The notes under the pieces: model-generated
What the model was told of the DNA's origin: nothing
The model's database searches: none
What the model saw: only the letters and a program-made list of their open reading frames with translations
Translations under genes and position numbers: made by a program
Assembly (NCBI GenBank): GCA_030651475.1
Contig: JAUSEW010000002.1
Coordinates: 83,927-147,926 of the forward strand
DNA: 64,000 nucleotides
Origin: Candidatus Levyibacteriota bacterium
GTDB taxonomy: Bacteria > Patescibacteriota > Microgenomatia > Levybacterales > UBA12049
Direction of reading: 5' to 3'
Shown here: positions 30,431 through 41,009 of the stretch, piece after piece
Position numbering within the stretch: position 1 is the first letter of the stretch
How the letters are laid out: each line of letters begins with the position of its first letter

Positions 30431-30477
30431 GGTACGTTTTGTTGACAACTGGATTTAACAGCTGTTATTCTTAAAAT

Positions 30478-31263
30478 ATGCACAAAAACGAAAAAGGACA
30501 AATACTTCTTATAGTAGTTTTAGTAATGATAGTTTCTCTGACCGTGGGTTTGTCTGTTGCTTCAAGAAGCATTACAAACTTACGTACTTCAACAGAAGAG
30601 GTTAGTTCCCAAAAAGCCTTAGCTGCAGCTGAAGCAGGAATTGAGCAGTCCATATTATCAAATGCTTCTATAGCAAGCGGTGAAATTTACATAGGCACTA
30701 CATATTCAACAACCGTTACGGAAGTTAAGGGAACAAGCTTTTTGGTTAAGGGGGGGAATACGATTGCGCAGGATGAGGGAGCAGATATTTGGCTATCAGA
30801 TTATTCTAAAGATTCTGCCAAACTATATTTAAATCCCTGGAACGGCAATCTGACAATTTACTGGGGAAATTCTTCGGACTCTTGTTCAAATCCCGCTTTG
30901 GAAATAGTTATTGTTTCCGGGACGAAAATTTCTCCGAAGATTAACCGTTATGCATTCGATCCGTGTTCTTCGCGAGCAAGTAATAATCATTTTACCCCGG
31001 CGTTATCAGGCGGAAGTGTTGAAGGTGTGAATTTTTCATCCTCAACTCCTCCTATTAGTATTGCATCAGGATTAATTGCCAAAATTATTCCTCTTTACTC
31101 GTCAGGACAGATAGGAGTTGTTGGGGATGTTGCTTTACCTTCTCAAGGTTTTATTACTGACTCAACCGGTAAATCCGGTAATACTGTTAAAAAAATTAAT
31201 GCTTTTCAAGGTTATCCGCAGCTTTCGGCACAATATTTTTCCTATGGCCTTTTCTCGCATTAA
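30478..31263 (+). CDS. PilX-like minor pilin
   Basis: KGQILLIVVLVMIVSLTVGLSVASRS N-terminal segment resembling the PilX N-terminal domain. Confidence 0.5.
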   Translation: MHKNEKGQILLIVVLVMIVSLTVGLSVASRSITNLRTSTEEVSSQKALAAAEAGIEQSILSNASIASGEIYIGTTYSTTVTEVKGTSFLVKGGNTIAQDEGADIWLSDYSKDSAKLYLNPWNGNLTIYWGNSSDSCSNPALEIVIVSGTKISPKINRYAFDPCSSRASNNHFTPALSGGSVEGVNFSSSTPPISIASGLIAKIIPLYSSGQIGVVGDVALPSQGFITDSTGKSGNTVKKINAFQGYPQLSAQYFSYGLFSH

Positions 31264-31274
31264 TAGAATAAATT

Positions 31275-32330
31275 ATGAGTAATTCATCTTTTGGATTAGA
31301 CATCGGAGTAACCAATACCAGAGCCGTCTGGTTGGATTACGCAAAGGAGGGATTTTTATTAAAGGCATCTGCTATTGCCCCTACTCCTCCCAAAAGCGTT
31401 CTTTCCGAGTCCCCCTTGGATCAGGAAGAAATGGCTCAAGCTATAAGAAACGTTGTAGATAAAGCCAAAATAACAGTAAGAAACGTTAATATAGCATTTC
31501 CGGAAAATCAGGTCTATACGAAAGTTATAGATATGCCGGTTCTTTCCGATAAAGAGCTTGCATTTGGCATATATTGGGAGGCGGAGCAATATATTCCTGT
31601 GCCTCTTTCCACAATAACTTTGGTTTGGAGCGTCTTAAAAAAACCGCAAAAGATAGAGGTAGGATCAACAGAGAAAATGCAGGTTCTGATGGTAGGGGCG
31701 CCAACGGCGCTTATAAATAAATATCAAAAAATACTCTCAATGGCCGGGCTGAATATCGTGTCAATTGAAACGGAGATATTGTCTGCAATAAGAGCTCTAG
31801 TTCCCTTCAAAGCAAATGTAAATATTGTTCCGCCTACAACAGTGATAATTAGTATCGGAGCAGTTAGCACCTCTCTCGCAATTATAAAAGAAGGGATATT
31901 GGTTTTTACGTATTCTATACCAATAGGAGGAATAGCAATCAACCGAGCCATCGAGTCTGATTTCGGACTAACTTTGCCCCAAGCAGAAGAATATAAGAAA
32001 ACCTACGGTTTTTCCAAAGAAGGCGTCGGAGGAAAAATTGGGAAATCTATAGAACCTATTCTGACTTCGATTGCGGCAGAGGTAAAAAAATCTTTAGCGT
32101 TTTATGCGCAAAAATACAATAATCAATCCCCTATTCAGCAGATCTTGCTTTCAGGAGGAACGGCGAAACTACCAGGAATCGATCTTTTCTTTGCGCAAGA
32201 TACAGGTATAGAAACTGCTATCGGCAATCCCTGGAAAGTTTTAACAAGTCAGGAAGTACCTAAAGATATAATAGACCAAGCTTCCGATTATTCGGTAGCC
32301 GTAGGTTTGGCTATGAAGGGCTATGATTAA
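31275..32330 (+). CDS. pilM: type IV pilus assembly protein PilM (actin-like ATPase fold)
   Basis: FGLDIGVTNTRAVWL N-terminal phosphate-1 motif. 351 aa in the conserved pilMNO position. Confidence 0.85.
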   Translation: MSNSSFGLDIGVTNTRAVWLDYAKEGFLLKASAIAPTPPKSVLSESPLDQEEMAQAIRNVVDKAKITVRNVNIAFPENQVYTKVIDMPVLSDKELAFGIYWEAEQYIPVPLSTITLVWSVLKKPQKIEVGSTEKMQVLMVGAPTALINKYQKILSMAGLNIVSIETEILSAIRALVPFKANVNIVPPTTVIISIGAVSTSLAIIKEGILVFTYSIPIGGIAINRAIESDFGLTLPQAEEYKKTYGFSKEGVGGKIGKSIEPILTSIAAEVKKSLAFYAQKYNNQSPIQQILLSGGTAKLPGIDLFFAQDTGIETAIGNPWKVLTSQEVPKDIIDQASDYSVAVGLAMKGYD

Positions 32331-32856
32331 CGACATTAATCTTCTGGTAGGAAAGGACGCTAACTATTTACGGCAGAAAAAATTACTGTCGTTGGTAAGG
32401 CTAATGGCATTTGCTTCATTAGGAATAGTTGCTTTACTTTCGGTAATTGCTTTTTTTCTAAATAGCCAATTCTCCCCGACCGAAGTCAAAAAGGAAGAAG
32501 ACGTAATTCTGCAGAATCTTTCCACACTTAGCAAAAAACAAGCAAAACTTTTTATAATAAACAACAGAATTCAGAACATTACAACGATATTAAATAGCAG
32601 GGTGGATTATTATAAAATTTTGAATTTTATTATAGGTAAGATTCCGGCAGAAGTTTCCATAGATAGGATAGAGGTTGATAAGAAAAAGATTTCACTGACG
32701 ATATCTTCCAATTCTTTAATCCCGATAAATACATTAATTAACAATTTCGTAGATATGGTAAGAAAAAAAGAAACAATTACTTCGTTAACGCTTAATTCCT
32801 TAACCTTGAGCGTAAAGACAAGTAAATATTCAATCTCTTTAGATGCGAGTTTATAA
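32323..32856 (+). CDS. pilN: PilN-like bitopic pilus assembly protein
   Basis: N-terminal INLL motif followed by one TM helix. The gene overlaps pilM. Confidence 0.65.
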   Translation: MINDINLLVGKDANYLRQKKLLSLVRLMAFASLGIVALLSVIAFFLNSQFSPTEVKKEEDVILQNLSTLSKKQAKLFIINNRIQNITTILNSRVDYYKILNFIIGKIPAEVSIDRIEVDKKKISLTISSNSLIPINTLINNFVDMVRKKETITSLTLNSLTLSVKTSKYSISLDASL

Positions 32857-32859
32857 ATT

Positions 32860-33570
32860 ATGAATAATAAAGTAAATATCGACGCTGACACTCTAAAATT
32901 TCTCTACACAAAATATAAAGAATTTCTGGTTCCGGTAATGGTAATGATTGTCTCTATAATTCTTCTGATCGTGTTTGTAGTTCCTCAATTCCTAATTTTT
33001 TTATCAAATATAGATACAATGAAAACAGAAAACTCCAAACTTTCCGTATTAAAAAATAATTTAAATATTATTACAAGCGCTAACGATTCAATTCTGGATT
33101 CGCAGCTAAAAATTACAAGTGCAGCTTTACCCTTAACTAAAGATTATACGGGAATACTAAACGCGCTCGCTACCTCCTCAAGGATATCGGGAGCGTCTTT
33201 AGGGACTTTTGAGTTTCAGGTTGGGGACGTATCTCAAACACAACAAAATCAATCCGGTTTCCCATTTCTAAAAATGACGTTAAATGTAGGCGGAGATATG
33301 AAAACTATTAACAATTTTATTAATTCACTTTCGCAAACACTTCCCTTATCCGAAATTACAGGAGTAATTATCAATAATGACTTTTCAACTATCAACCTTT
33401 CTTTTTACTACAAACCTGTTCCCGCTAATGCTATCAGTAATAATTTACCTATTAATGCAGTTTCGAAAGAAGGTTTTAATCTAATTAGCAAGCTGTCTTC
33501 ATTTAGCAATTCTTCTGTGAGTTTGCCTTTATATAATGCGTCTCCAAGTAGCAGAACTAATCCTTTTTAG
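32860..33570 (+). CDS. pilO: PilO-like bitopic pilus assembly protein
   Basis: Single TM helix and its position after pilN. Confidence 0.5.
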   Translation: MNNKVNIDADTLKFLYTKYKEFLVPVMVMIVSIILLIVFVVPQFLIFLSNIDTMKTENSKLSVLKNNLNIITSANDSILDSQLKITSAALPLTKDYTGILNALATSSRISGASLGTFEFQVGDVSQTQQNQSGFPFLKMTLNVGGDMKTINNFINSLSQTLPLSEITGVIINNDFSTINLSFYYKPVPANAISNNLPINAVSKEGFNLISKLSSFSNSSVSLPLYNASPSSRTNPF

Positions 33571-34249
33571 ACGGTTTTCTTAGAAGATCAGGGCGAAGCT
33601 TTTTAGTAATTTTCAGCGATTGATTCTTTCTCCAATTATCAATTTCCGCATGATTGCCCGAAAGAAGTACTTTTGGAACCGTCAATTTTTTATATTCTTG
33701 CGGTCTAGTGTATTGAGGATATTCGAGATAATCGGAAAAAGATTCCGTATCGGTAACGCCTTTCTTAAGAACTCCAGGTAATAGCCTAATCACGGTATCC
33801 GCCACAAGCATTACGGGAATTTCTCCTCCGGTAACGATAAAGTCCCCGATTGAAATTTTCTCGTCGATAAATTTTTCTATTCTTTCATCTACTCCTTCGT
33901 AATGTCCGCAGACAAGAATTAAATGCTTAAGTTTGGATAATTGTTCTGCTTTTTTCTGATTAAGGGTTTTGCCGTGCGGATCAAGAAGAATTACTTTCTG
34001 CTCATCCTTTTTTAGTGTTTTATTCTTAGCGTTTTCTATTGCTTTTGCCAAAACATCAACCCTTATCACCATTCCCAATCCCCCACCGTAAGGCTTATCG
34101 TCAACGCTTTTATGCTTCCCGATTCCGTAATCCCGAATATCGACAAAATTTATTTTGACCTTTTTTTCCGCAATTGCATTTTTGATAATTGAGTAAGCAA
34201 AAGGAGAACTAAACATTTCGGGGAATAAAGTAAGAATTGAGATAGTCAT
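33557..34249 (-). CDS. trmD: tRNA (guanine37-N1)-methyltransferase
   Basis: MTISILTLFPEMF N-terminus and SPOUT-fold motifs (GGGLGMV..., GHYEGVDERI). Confidence 0.9.
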   Translation of the reverse strand: MTISILTLFPEMFSSPFAYSIIKNAIAEKKVKINFVDIRDYGIGKHKSVDDKPYGGGLGMVIRVDVLAKAIENAKNKTLKKDEQKVILLDPHGKTLNQKKAEQLSKLKHLILVCGHYEGVDERIEKFIDEKISIGDFIVTGGEIPVMLVADTVIRLLPGVLKKGVTDTESFSDYLEYPQYTRPQEYKKLTVPKVLLSGNHAEIDNWRKNQSLKITKKLRPDLLRKPSKKD

Positions 34250-34252
34250 CTT

Positions 34253-34495
34253 TTACTGTTTGGGGGTTTCAAAAAGAGAAACATTTATTCTTTTGTTTTG
34301 TTTTATTGCCGGTATCCTCATAAGATTTCTGATAGCTCTGATGACTTTGCCATTTTTCCCTATAATTTTTCCCATATCTTCCTCAGCGACTTTAATCGTG
34401 AAGGTTATCATTCCATCTACCTCTTCCTCGTTTATCTCTATCTCTTTTGGATTATCCACTATTGAAGATACGATGTATTGTAAAGCTTTTTTCAT
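34253..34495 (-). CDS. KH-domain RNA-binding protein (YlqC/UPF0109 family)
   Basis: IIGKNGKVIRAIRNLM GxxG KH motif. Sits in the conserved position between rpsP and trmD. Confidence 0.8.
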   Translation of the reverse strand: MKKALQYIVSSIVDNPKEIEINEEEVDGMITFTIKVAEEDMGKIIGKNGKVIRAIRNLMRIPAIKQNKRINVSLFETPKQ

Positions 34496-34722
34496 GATTT
34501 CAATAATTGCGTAACGCTTGGAGTAGGTTGGGCTCCTTTAGAAATCCAATAATCATATCTTGCTTTGTCTATCTTCTTATTCATTGAGTTAACTCTTTTT
34601 TCGTACCAACCCAATGTCTCAATAGGCTTCCCATTACGTCTAGATCGTTTTTCCTTAACGACTACACGAAATCGGTTTTCGCCTTTTCTTCCCATCTTTG
34701 CTAATCTAATTACAACTGACAT
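34492..34722 (-). CDS. rpsP: 30S ribosomal protein S16
   Basis: MSVVIRLAKMGRKGENRFRVVV. Confidence 0.9.
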   Translation of the reverse strand: MSVVIRLAKMGRKGENRFRVVVKEKRSRRNGKPIETLGWYEKRVNSMNKKIDKARYDYWISKGAQPTPSVTQLLKS

Positions 34723-34737
34723 AAGCTAATTTTACCA

Positions 34738-35421
34738 TTATTTGCCGATCTTCTCAAGGGCTTCCTTTGCAGCATTTTCTTCTGCCTCTTGTTTTGATTT
34801 TCCGGTTCCTTCCCCGTATATTTTTTCTTTCACGAAAACAGCTACGCTGAATAATTTTGCATGAGAAGGACCGGCTTCCCTCATTACTTTATAAATTGGT
34901 GAACTTTTCATTTTTGATTGGACTAATTCCTGAAGAAGGCTTTTAGGATCTTTAAGAGAACCCTCTATCAGATCTTCCAGCTTATTCAATAAGACATTTT
35001 TTATAAATTCAGATACGGTTTCTAAACCTTGATCTATGAAAAGCGCGCCGACAAATGCCTCGAAACTGTCTGCCAAAAGGCTTTGGTTTTGTCTTCCTTT
35101 TGATTCTTCTTCCCCTTTTGATAGCAATAGCAATTCTCCGAAATTCAATTCTTTGGCTGCTATGGCCAAGCTTTTGGTATTCACGATAAGAGAACGCAGA
35201 TTGGTTAGCTTGCCCTCATCATAATCTTCGTATTTCTTAAAAAGAAAATTCGATACGACAAGAGATATTATGCTATCCCCCAAGAATTCCAAGCGTTCGT
35301 TGGAAGGAATTTTTTCTTTTGCCTCATTCAAGTATGATCGATGCGTAAAAGCCTGTTTAAAAAGTTTAGAATTATTTATTTTTGGAAGATTCATACAGAA
35401 CAACCTTTCCCAGCGCCCCAT
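34738..35421 (-). CDS. rnc: ribonuclease III
   Basis: ERLEFLGDS signature plus a C-terminal dsRBD. Confidence 0.9.
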   Translation of the reverse strand: MGRWERLFCMNLPKINNSKLFKQAFTHRSYLNEAKEKIPSNERLEFLGDSIISLVVSNFLFKKYEDYDEGKLTNLRSLIVNTKSLAIAAKELNFGELLLLSKGEEESKGRQNQSLLADSFEAFVGALFIDQGLETVSEFIKNVLLNKLEDLIEGSLKDPKSLLQELVQSKMKSSPIYKVMREAGPSHAKLFSVAVFVKEKIYGEGTGKSKQEAEENAAKEALEKIGK

Positions 35422-35737
35422 TAATAAATGATGGGCCGGTATCTCCGGAATATTCTTTGGCCAATTCTATTGCTTCATCAATGATTACTTTTGGTGGTTC
35501 TTTCTTCTCTACCAAAAGTTCAAATACCGCCAGTCTTAGAATTGCCAGATCAACTTTATTGATTTTGTCAATTGGAAATTCAGGTGCTGCTTCTACGATT
35601 GTCTTATCAATAAGCGTTTTTTCTAGAAAAATAGCTTTGGCTAATTCGCTTGATCTTTGTTTATGGAAATCTATCTTAAATAATTCTTCGACAAGCTTCT
35701 GGCGTTTTTTATGTCGGGGGTCTAGAGCGCTTTTCAT
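35372..35737 (-). CDS. nusB: transcription antitermination factor NusB
   Basis: IIDEAIELAKEYSGDTGPSFINGALGKV matches the NusB C-terminal block. Confidence 0.75.
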   Translation of the reverse strand: MKSALDPRHKKRQKLVEELFKIDFHKQRSSELAKAIFLEKTLIDKTIVEAAPEFPIDKINKVDLAILRLAVFELLVEKKEPPKVIIDEAIELAKEYSGDTGPSFINGALGKVVLYESSKNK

Positions 35738-35946
35738 GCGGTTTTATCTTCTTTGCTCTTTTCTTTTTCCTTGAGAGCAACAACTCTTTTACCTTTGTAG
35801 AAACCGCAGTATTTGCAGATAACATGGGGCAAAATTACTTCTTTGCAGTTTAGACAACGGATGAAACTCGGGCGTTCAAGCTTTATAACTGCTCTTCTTT
35901 TGCCCTGTCTTGCCCGTGAATGTCTTTTTTTCGGTTCTTGCGGCAT
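35734..35946 (-). CDS. rpmF: 50S ribosomal protein L32
   Basis: KKRHSRARQGKRRA N-terminus and a CxxC...CxxC zinc ribbon. Confidence 0.8.
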   Translation of the reverse strand: MPQEPKKRHSRARQGKRRAVIKLERPSFIRCLNCKEVILPHVICKYCGFYKGKRVVALKEKEKSKEDKTA

Positions 35947-35988
35947 GCCTATTATTGTATATTATTCCCTATATTTTCGCAATACCTT

Positions 35989-38154
35989 TTAGTCGGGAGA
36001 TATTGTTTTGTTTTTAGCGCTTAAGATTTTCGCCAGAAGCAGCGGATATGCATCTAGTTTGGGGAAGATTTTTTCTGCTTCTTTTTTGGCCTTTTCAATT
36101 AAGGCAAAATCCGAAAAACTGGCTATTTTAAGCAAGGGTTGTCCGTGCTGCATAGTGCCGTATAATTCCCCATGGCCTCTTAATTTTAAATCCAGTTGGG
36201 CAAGTTCGTTGCCCAAAGACAAGGTTTCCATAGCTTTTAATCTTTCAACAGTTTTTGGATTTTTTGATTGAGTGAATAACAAACAATATGCTTGAGCATC
36301 GCTTCTTCCTACTCTTCCGCGCAGCTGATGCAATTGGGCAAGTCCGAAGCGTTCGGCTTCCTCAATGAGAATGATATTGGCATTTGGAATATCAATTCCA
36401 ACTTCTACAACTGGCGTTGCTACCAGAATATCTAATTTTCTATCCTTAAATTTCTTAAGTACTTCTTCTTTTTCTTTTGCCTTTAACCTGCCATGCAAAA
36501 TACCTAATTTCAAGTTCGGAAAAACAGTATTTTTAAGCAGTTCATATTCCTTAGTTGCTGCCCTGACGGTTTTTAGAGTTTCGGATTCTTCTATAAAAGG
36601 GCAAATGATAAAAGCTTGCATTTTTGTATTTTTGATTTGTTTCTCAATCCATAAATAAGCATTTTTTCTTTTTTCCGCAGGAACAAGCCAAGTTTTTGTC
36701 TTTCTTCTTCCTTTCGGCATTTCGTCCAAGAAAGACAGGTCCAGATCTCCATACATAGTTAAAGCAATAGTTCTTGGTATTGGCGTTGCAGTCATAGAAA
36801 GAAGATGGGGATTTTTGCCTTTTTTTCTGATTATTGCTCTTTGCTCCACTCCGAAACGTTGCTGTTCATCAATTACAACCAAGCCCAATTTGTCCATGCT
36901 CCTTTTGTCGTATAGCAATGCGTGTGTTCCAACTAATATATCAGTCTTGTCTTTTGAATCATGAATCACGAATTGTGAATTATGGTTTGTCTCGTTCTTT
37001 ATCTTTATTCCTGATTCTTTATTCATAATTCTTTTCCTCGTAGATCCTGTTACTAAGCCTACTTTTACGTCAAATGGAGAAAGAAGTTTGGAAATAGTGT
37101 CGTAATGCTGCTGCGCCAGGATTTCCGTAGGCGCCAGAAGAACAGATTGAAAACCGTTTAAGAACGCTACGTACATGGTAATTGCAGAAACTACAGTTTT
37201 ACCGCTTCCCACATCTCCTTGCAAAAGTCTGTTCATTGGTTTCGTAGACGCAATATCTGCAAAAATTTCTCTTAACGTTCGTTTTTGGGCATTGGTTAAT
37301 ACAAATGGCAGTTTGGCATAAAATTTATCTATCTTATCTTGGTATAAATCTATTTTGAAAGGGTTACCGGCTAAATTTTGCTTCCACTCTTTTCTTCTGC
37401 TTAATGCGCCAATCTGCATAAGAAAAAGCTCGTCGAAAGATAAACGAAGCCTTGCTTTTTCTGCCAAATCCAAATTTTTAGGAAAATGAATTTCTTTAAT
37501 TGCCTTAGGGAACCCTAGCATTTGATTATCCGAAATTATTGAGTAAGGAAGATACTCGAATAGTTTATGTCTGCAATCACTAATTATTTTATTAACTTGA
37601 CGGCGTAACCACTTAGAAGAAATACCTCTTGTTTCCGGATATATCGGAACCAATCTCCCCGTGTGAATGGTTTCATCTTTGTAGTTTAGCAGTATTTCGT
37701 ATTCAGGCGATTGCAGCAGCAGTTTATTTCTATAAATATCGGCTTTGCCGGAAACAGAGATCTTGTCTTCCTCTTTCATTAAATTTAATAAAAATGGCTG
37801 GTTAAACCAGATAATATCTAATTCTCCTGTTCTGTCTTTCATTCTTGCTTTTTGCAGTGTTTTCCAATTTCTCGTGCGTTGGTTCTTAATTTCCAGAACC
37901 TCGCCTTTTACAGTAACTGTTTCTCCTGCTTGGATATTGGCGATACTTGAGATTATTGAAAAATCTTCATACCTGGAAGGAACGTGATAAAGAAAATCTT
38001 CCAAGGTTTTAATGCCAAGCTTCTCTAGTCTTTTGGCGTACATTGTGTAGGCTTTGGAAACTTCCCTAACCGGCGTTTTTAATTCCATACACTGTCTAAA
38101 GGGCAAGGAATGGAAGAATGGATGTCGCAATAAGCGCAATGGAAGCAATAGCAA
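35989..38154 (-). CDS. recG: ATP-dependent DNA helicase RecG
   Basis: N-terminal wedge domain, QGDVGSGKT Walker A, DEQQRFG, TATPIPRT, and QLRGRVGR motif VI. Confidence 0.9.
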   Translation of the reverse strand: MLLLPLRLLRHPFFHSLPFRQCMELKTPVREVSKAYTMYAKRLEKLGIKTLEDFLYHVPSRYEDFSIISSIANIQAGETVTVKGEVLEIKNQRTRNWKTLQKARMKDRTGELDIIWFNQPFLLNLMKEEDKISVSGKADIYRNKLLLQSPEYEILLNYKDETIHTGRLVPIYPETRGISSKWLRRQVNKIISDCRHKLFEYLPYSIISDNQMLGFPKAIKEIHFPKNLDLAEKARLRLSFDELFLMQIGALSRRKEWKQNLAGNPFKIDLYQDKIDKFYAKLPFVLTNAQKRTLREIFADIASTKPMNRLLQGDVGSGKTVVSAITMYVAFLNGFQSVLLAPTEILAQQHYDTISKLLSPFDVKVGLVTGSTRKRIMNKESGIKIKNETNHNSQFVIHDSKDKTDILVGTHALLYDKRSMDKLGLVVIDEQQRFGVEQRAIIRKKGKNPHLLSMTATPIPRTIALTMYGDLDLSFLDEMPKGRRKTKTWLVPAEKRKNAYLWIEKQIKNTKMQAFIICPFIEESETLKTVRAATKEYELLKNTVFPNLKLGILHGRLKAKEKEEVLKKFKDRKLDILVATPVVEVGIDIPNANIILIEEAERFGLAQLHQLRGRVGRSDAQAYCLLFTQSKNPKTVERLKAMETLSLGNELAQLDLKLRGHGELYGTMQHGQPLLKIASFSDFALIEKAKKEAEKIFPKLDAYPLLLAKILSAKNKTISPD

Positions 38155-38250
38155 CTATAATTTTCCAAATCCATTGATGTTTTCTAAACATTTCCATAAG
38201 TATATTCTAGCATAAGGTTGGTAATTTTGCATTTCGGATCTAGATTTCGG

Positions 38251-39816
38251 TTAATGCCAGAAGGCGCGGCGGTTGGTGAAAACCATTACCATTTTGCACT
38301 TATTAGCAGTATCAATGGACATTTTATCATTGATTGATCCCCCTTGTTGTATAATTGCCGAAATTCCTTTTTTAGCAGCCAATTTTATTGAATCATCAAA
38401 AGGGAAAAAACTATCGCTTGCCAGAATTGCTCCTTTGGCGTATTTTCCTGCCTGCTCAAGGGCAATTTTAGTACTTCTTACTCTTGATGTTTGTCCTGAA
38501 CCGATACCTCTGGTCATGGGTAAATTTTTATCAACAATAATAACAGCATTAGAACGGATTCTGGAGATAAAGTTCCAAGCAATTTTCATGAGCGTCAATT
38601 GTTTTTTTGTCGGCTGTATTTTCGTAACGGTTTTCCAATCTTTAAATCCTTTTTCAAGATGGTTGTCTTCTGTTTGTATTACCAATCCGCCGTTGACCCA
38701 TTTGATATTTTCCTGATACTTTCTCTTTTGATAAATTTCCCCAAAGGTATAAATGCCCATAGATTTCCTAATCTTTTTAAGATATCCAAGGGCATTTTGA
38801 TTGATTTTAGGTACGGCGACAATGTCAATGTTAGAGCGTCTTAAGTCTTTAAAATCTCCAATAATTTTTGCGGTAGCTAAGTCCATATTCTTATTGATTA
38901 CAATAATTCCTCCGAATGCAGATTCTGGATCTGCCTCAATTGCCCTTGATAAAGCTTCTTTTGTTGTCTTCCCCAACGCAATACCGCACGGACTATTATG
39001 TTTAATAACTACAGCGGCAGGTTCTCTAAAAAATCTCAAAGATTCCAATCCAGCATTGATATCGGTAATGTTAACCAAAGATAATTCCCTGCCCCATTGG
39101 CGCTTTAGATTATTTAACGGAGAATTATTGTTAGGATACATATAGAGCGAAGCTTTCTGATGAGGGTTTTCTCCGTAGCGAAGATTTATTTTTTTTCGAA
39201 GAGCAATACTTAGCTCTTGAGGAAATAACTCTTTGTTAAAAAATCTTGCAATCTGTGAGTCATAAAAAGACAGATGATAGAAGGCTTTAGCCGCTAGTTT
39301 TTGGCGGAACGTTTCAGTGATAGATGTTTTTGAAAGTATGCTGCCGATTCTTTGGTAATCTTTTGGATCGACAATTACCAGGACATTTCTGAAATTTTTT
39401 GCCGCGGCTCTGACCATCGTTGGTCCGCCAACATCAATATTTTCTATGGCGTCAGCAAATGTAATTTTTGGATTTGCAATAGTTTGTTCGAAGGGATAAA
39501 GATTGCAAACGACAATATCGATAGGTTTAATATCCAACGCCTTCGCCTCTTTTATATGTTTTGGGTTTTTTCTGTCAAATAAAATTCCTCCTTCAGTCTG
39601 AAAGCTTATCGTTTTCATTCGCCCATCAAAACTCTCCGGATTGCCAGTAATTTCTTGAATCGGGATAACAGGAATTTTATTCTCGGACAAAACTTTGGCT
39701 GTTCCGCCGGTTGAAATAATTTTATAGTCTAGGGAGACTATTAAGCGGGCAAAATCAACAATCCCTGTTTTATCATAAACGCTCAAAAGCGCGTATCTTG
39801 CAGTTCGTTTTGCCAT
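38251..39816 (-). CDS. purH: bifunctional AICAR transformylase / IMP cyclohydrolase
   Basis: ALLSVYDKTGIVDFAR MGS-like N-terminus and the AICARFT domain. Confidence 0.9.
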   Translation of the reverse strand: MAKRTARYALLSVYDKTGIVDFARLIVSLDYKIISTGGTAKVLSENKIPVIPIQEITGNPESFDGRMKTISFQTEGGILFDRKNPKHIKEAKALDIKPIDIVVCNLYPFEQTIANPKITFADAIENIDVGGPTMVRAAAKNFRNVLVIVDPKDYQRIGSILSKTSITETFRQKLAAKAFYHLSFYDSQIARFFNKELFPQELSIALRKKINLRYGENPHQKASLYMYPNNNSPLNNLKRQWGRELSLVNITDINAGLESLRFFREPAAVVIKHNSPCGIALGKTTKEALSRAIEADPESAFGGIIVINKNMDLATAKIIGDFKDLRRSNIDIVAVPKINQNALGYLKKIRKSMGIYTFGEIYQKRKYQENIKWVNGGLVIQTEDNHLEKGFKDWKTVTKIQPTKKQLTLMKIAWNFISRIRSNAVIIVDKNLPMTRGIGSGQTSRVRSTKIALEQAGKYAKGAILASDSFFPFDDSIKLAAKKGISAIIQQGGSINDKMSIDTANKCKMVMVFTNRRAFWH

Positions 39817-39818
39817 TT

Positions 39819-41009
39819 CTATTTGGGGGCAGTTTTTATTTTTACAAATTTTCTTTTACCCACTCGAATAAACGCCTCGCCATTTTTTGTTAATGAGTTA
39901 AAAATTACGGTTCCATCCGTTACCTGCTTGTCGTTTACCGTAACTCCTTTTTGTTCAAGTAGTCTTTTCGCTTCTGACTTGCTTGAGACCAAACCGGATT
40001 CAATTAGAACGTCAACAACCGTTTGAGTTTCGTTTATTACTTTCGTTTGAATATCATTAGGCATTTCTTTATTTTGAACAGTTTTTTCAAAATTTTCTTT
40101 CGCGCTTAACGCTTCTTTTTCGTTGTGCAATTCGGTGACGATAATTTTCGCCAATTCCTTTTTTACTTCCATTGGGTTTTTTCCGGACTGAATTTCTTTT
40201 ATCTTTCTAATATCTTCATTTGTTCCGAGAATAAAATATTGGCTGATCAAATCATCATTTATCGCCATAACTTTAGCAAACATATCGTTAGGATTGTCAT
40301 CCAGCCAAATTGCGTTTCCCCAAGTCTTACTCATTTTTCTTCCGTCGGTTCCCATAAGAAATTCCATAGCGATTATAAAAGATTCTTTATTTCTCCAGTT
40401 TTTCTGCAAAGTCCTGCCGGCTTGCATATTAAAAGTTTGATCTGTTCCGCCAATTTGAATGTCGGTATCTAAGAAATAGCTGTCATATCCTTGCATTGCA
40501 GGATATAAAGCTTCATGTAAACCTACCCGTTTTCCCGCATCTATCCGTTTTCTTATTAACTCCCGAGATCCGAAATCTCCGAAAGAAAATTGCTGTGCCA
40601 ACTTTACAATTTCCGGAAATGATAATTTGTTAAGCCATTCGGAATTATAGCGTATCGTAACTTTGGAAAAATCCAAGATTTTTTCTGCCTGTTTTTTGTA
40701 AGTTTTGAAATTCTCCTGTATCTGCTCTGATGTTAGAACAGGCCGTTCGGTGTCTTTATCCGAAGTATCCCCTATCAAAGCTGTAAGGTCGCCGATTAAA
40801 AAAGTGACATTGTGCCCTAATTTAGCGAATTCTTCAAGTTTTCGCAAAACTACAGCATGTCCTAAATGAATTCTGGTTGCTGTTGCATCAATCCCCAAAT
40901 AAACATTCAGTTTTTTGTTGGAAGACAAAGCTTTTCTTAGTTCTTCCTTATTGGAGATAATGTTTGCGACTCCCCTTGTCAATAATTCGTCAATCTTATC
41001 CATATTCAT
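39819..41009 (-). CDS. tyrS: tyrosine--tRNA ligase
   Basis: HIGH-type RIHLGHAVV, KMSKS-type KMSKTWGN, and a C-terminal S4 domain. Confidence 0.9.
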   Translation of the reverse strand: MNMDKIDELLTRGVANIISNKEELRKALSSNKKLNVYLGIDATATRIHLGHAVVLRKLEEFAKLGHNVTFLIGDLTALIGDTSDKDTERPVLTSEQIQENFKTYKKQAEKILDFSKVTIRYNSEWLNKLSFPEIVKLAQQFSFGDFGSRELIRKRIDAGKRVGLHEALYPAMQGYDSYFLDTDIQIGGTDQTFNMQAGRTLQKNWRNKESFIIAMEFLMGTDGRKMSKTWGNAIWLDDNPNDMFAKVMAINDDLISQYFILGTNEDIRKIKEIQSGKNPMEVKKELAKIIVTELHNEKEALSAKENFEKTVQNKEMPNDIQTKVINETQTVVDVLIESGLVSSKSEAKRLLEQKGVTVNDKQVTDGTVIFNSLTKNGEAFIRVGKRKFVKIKTAPK

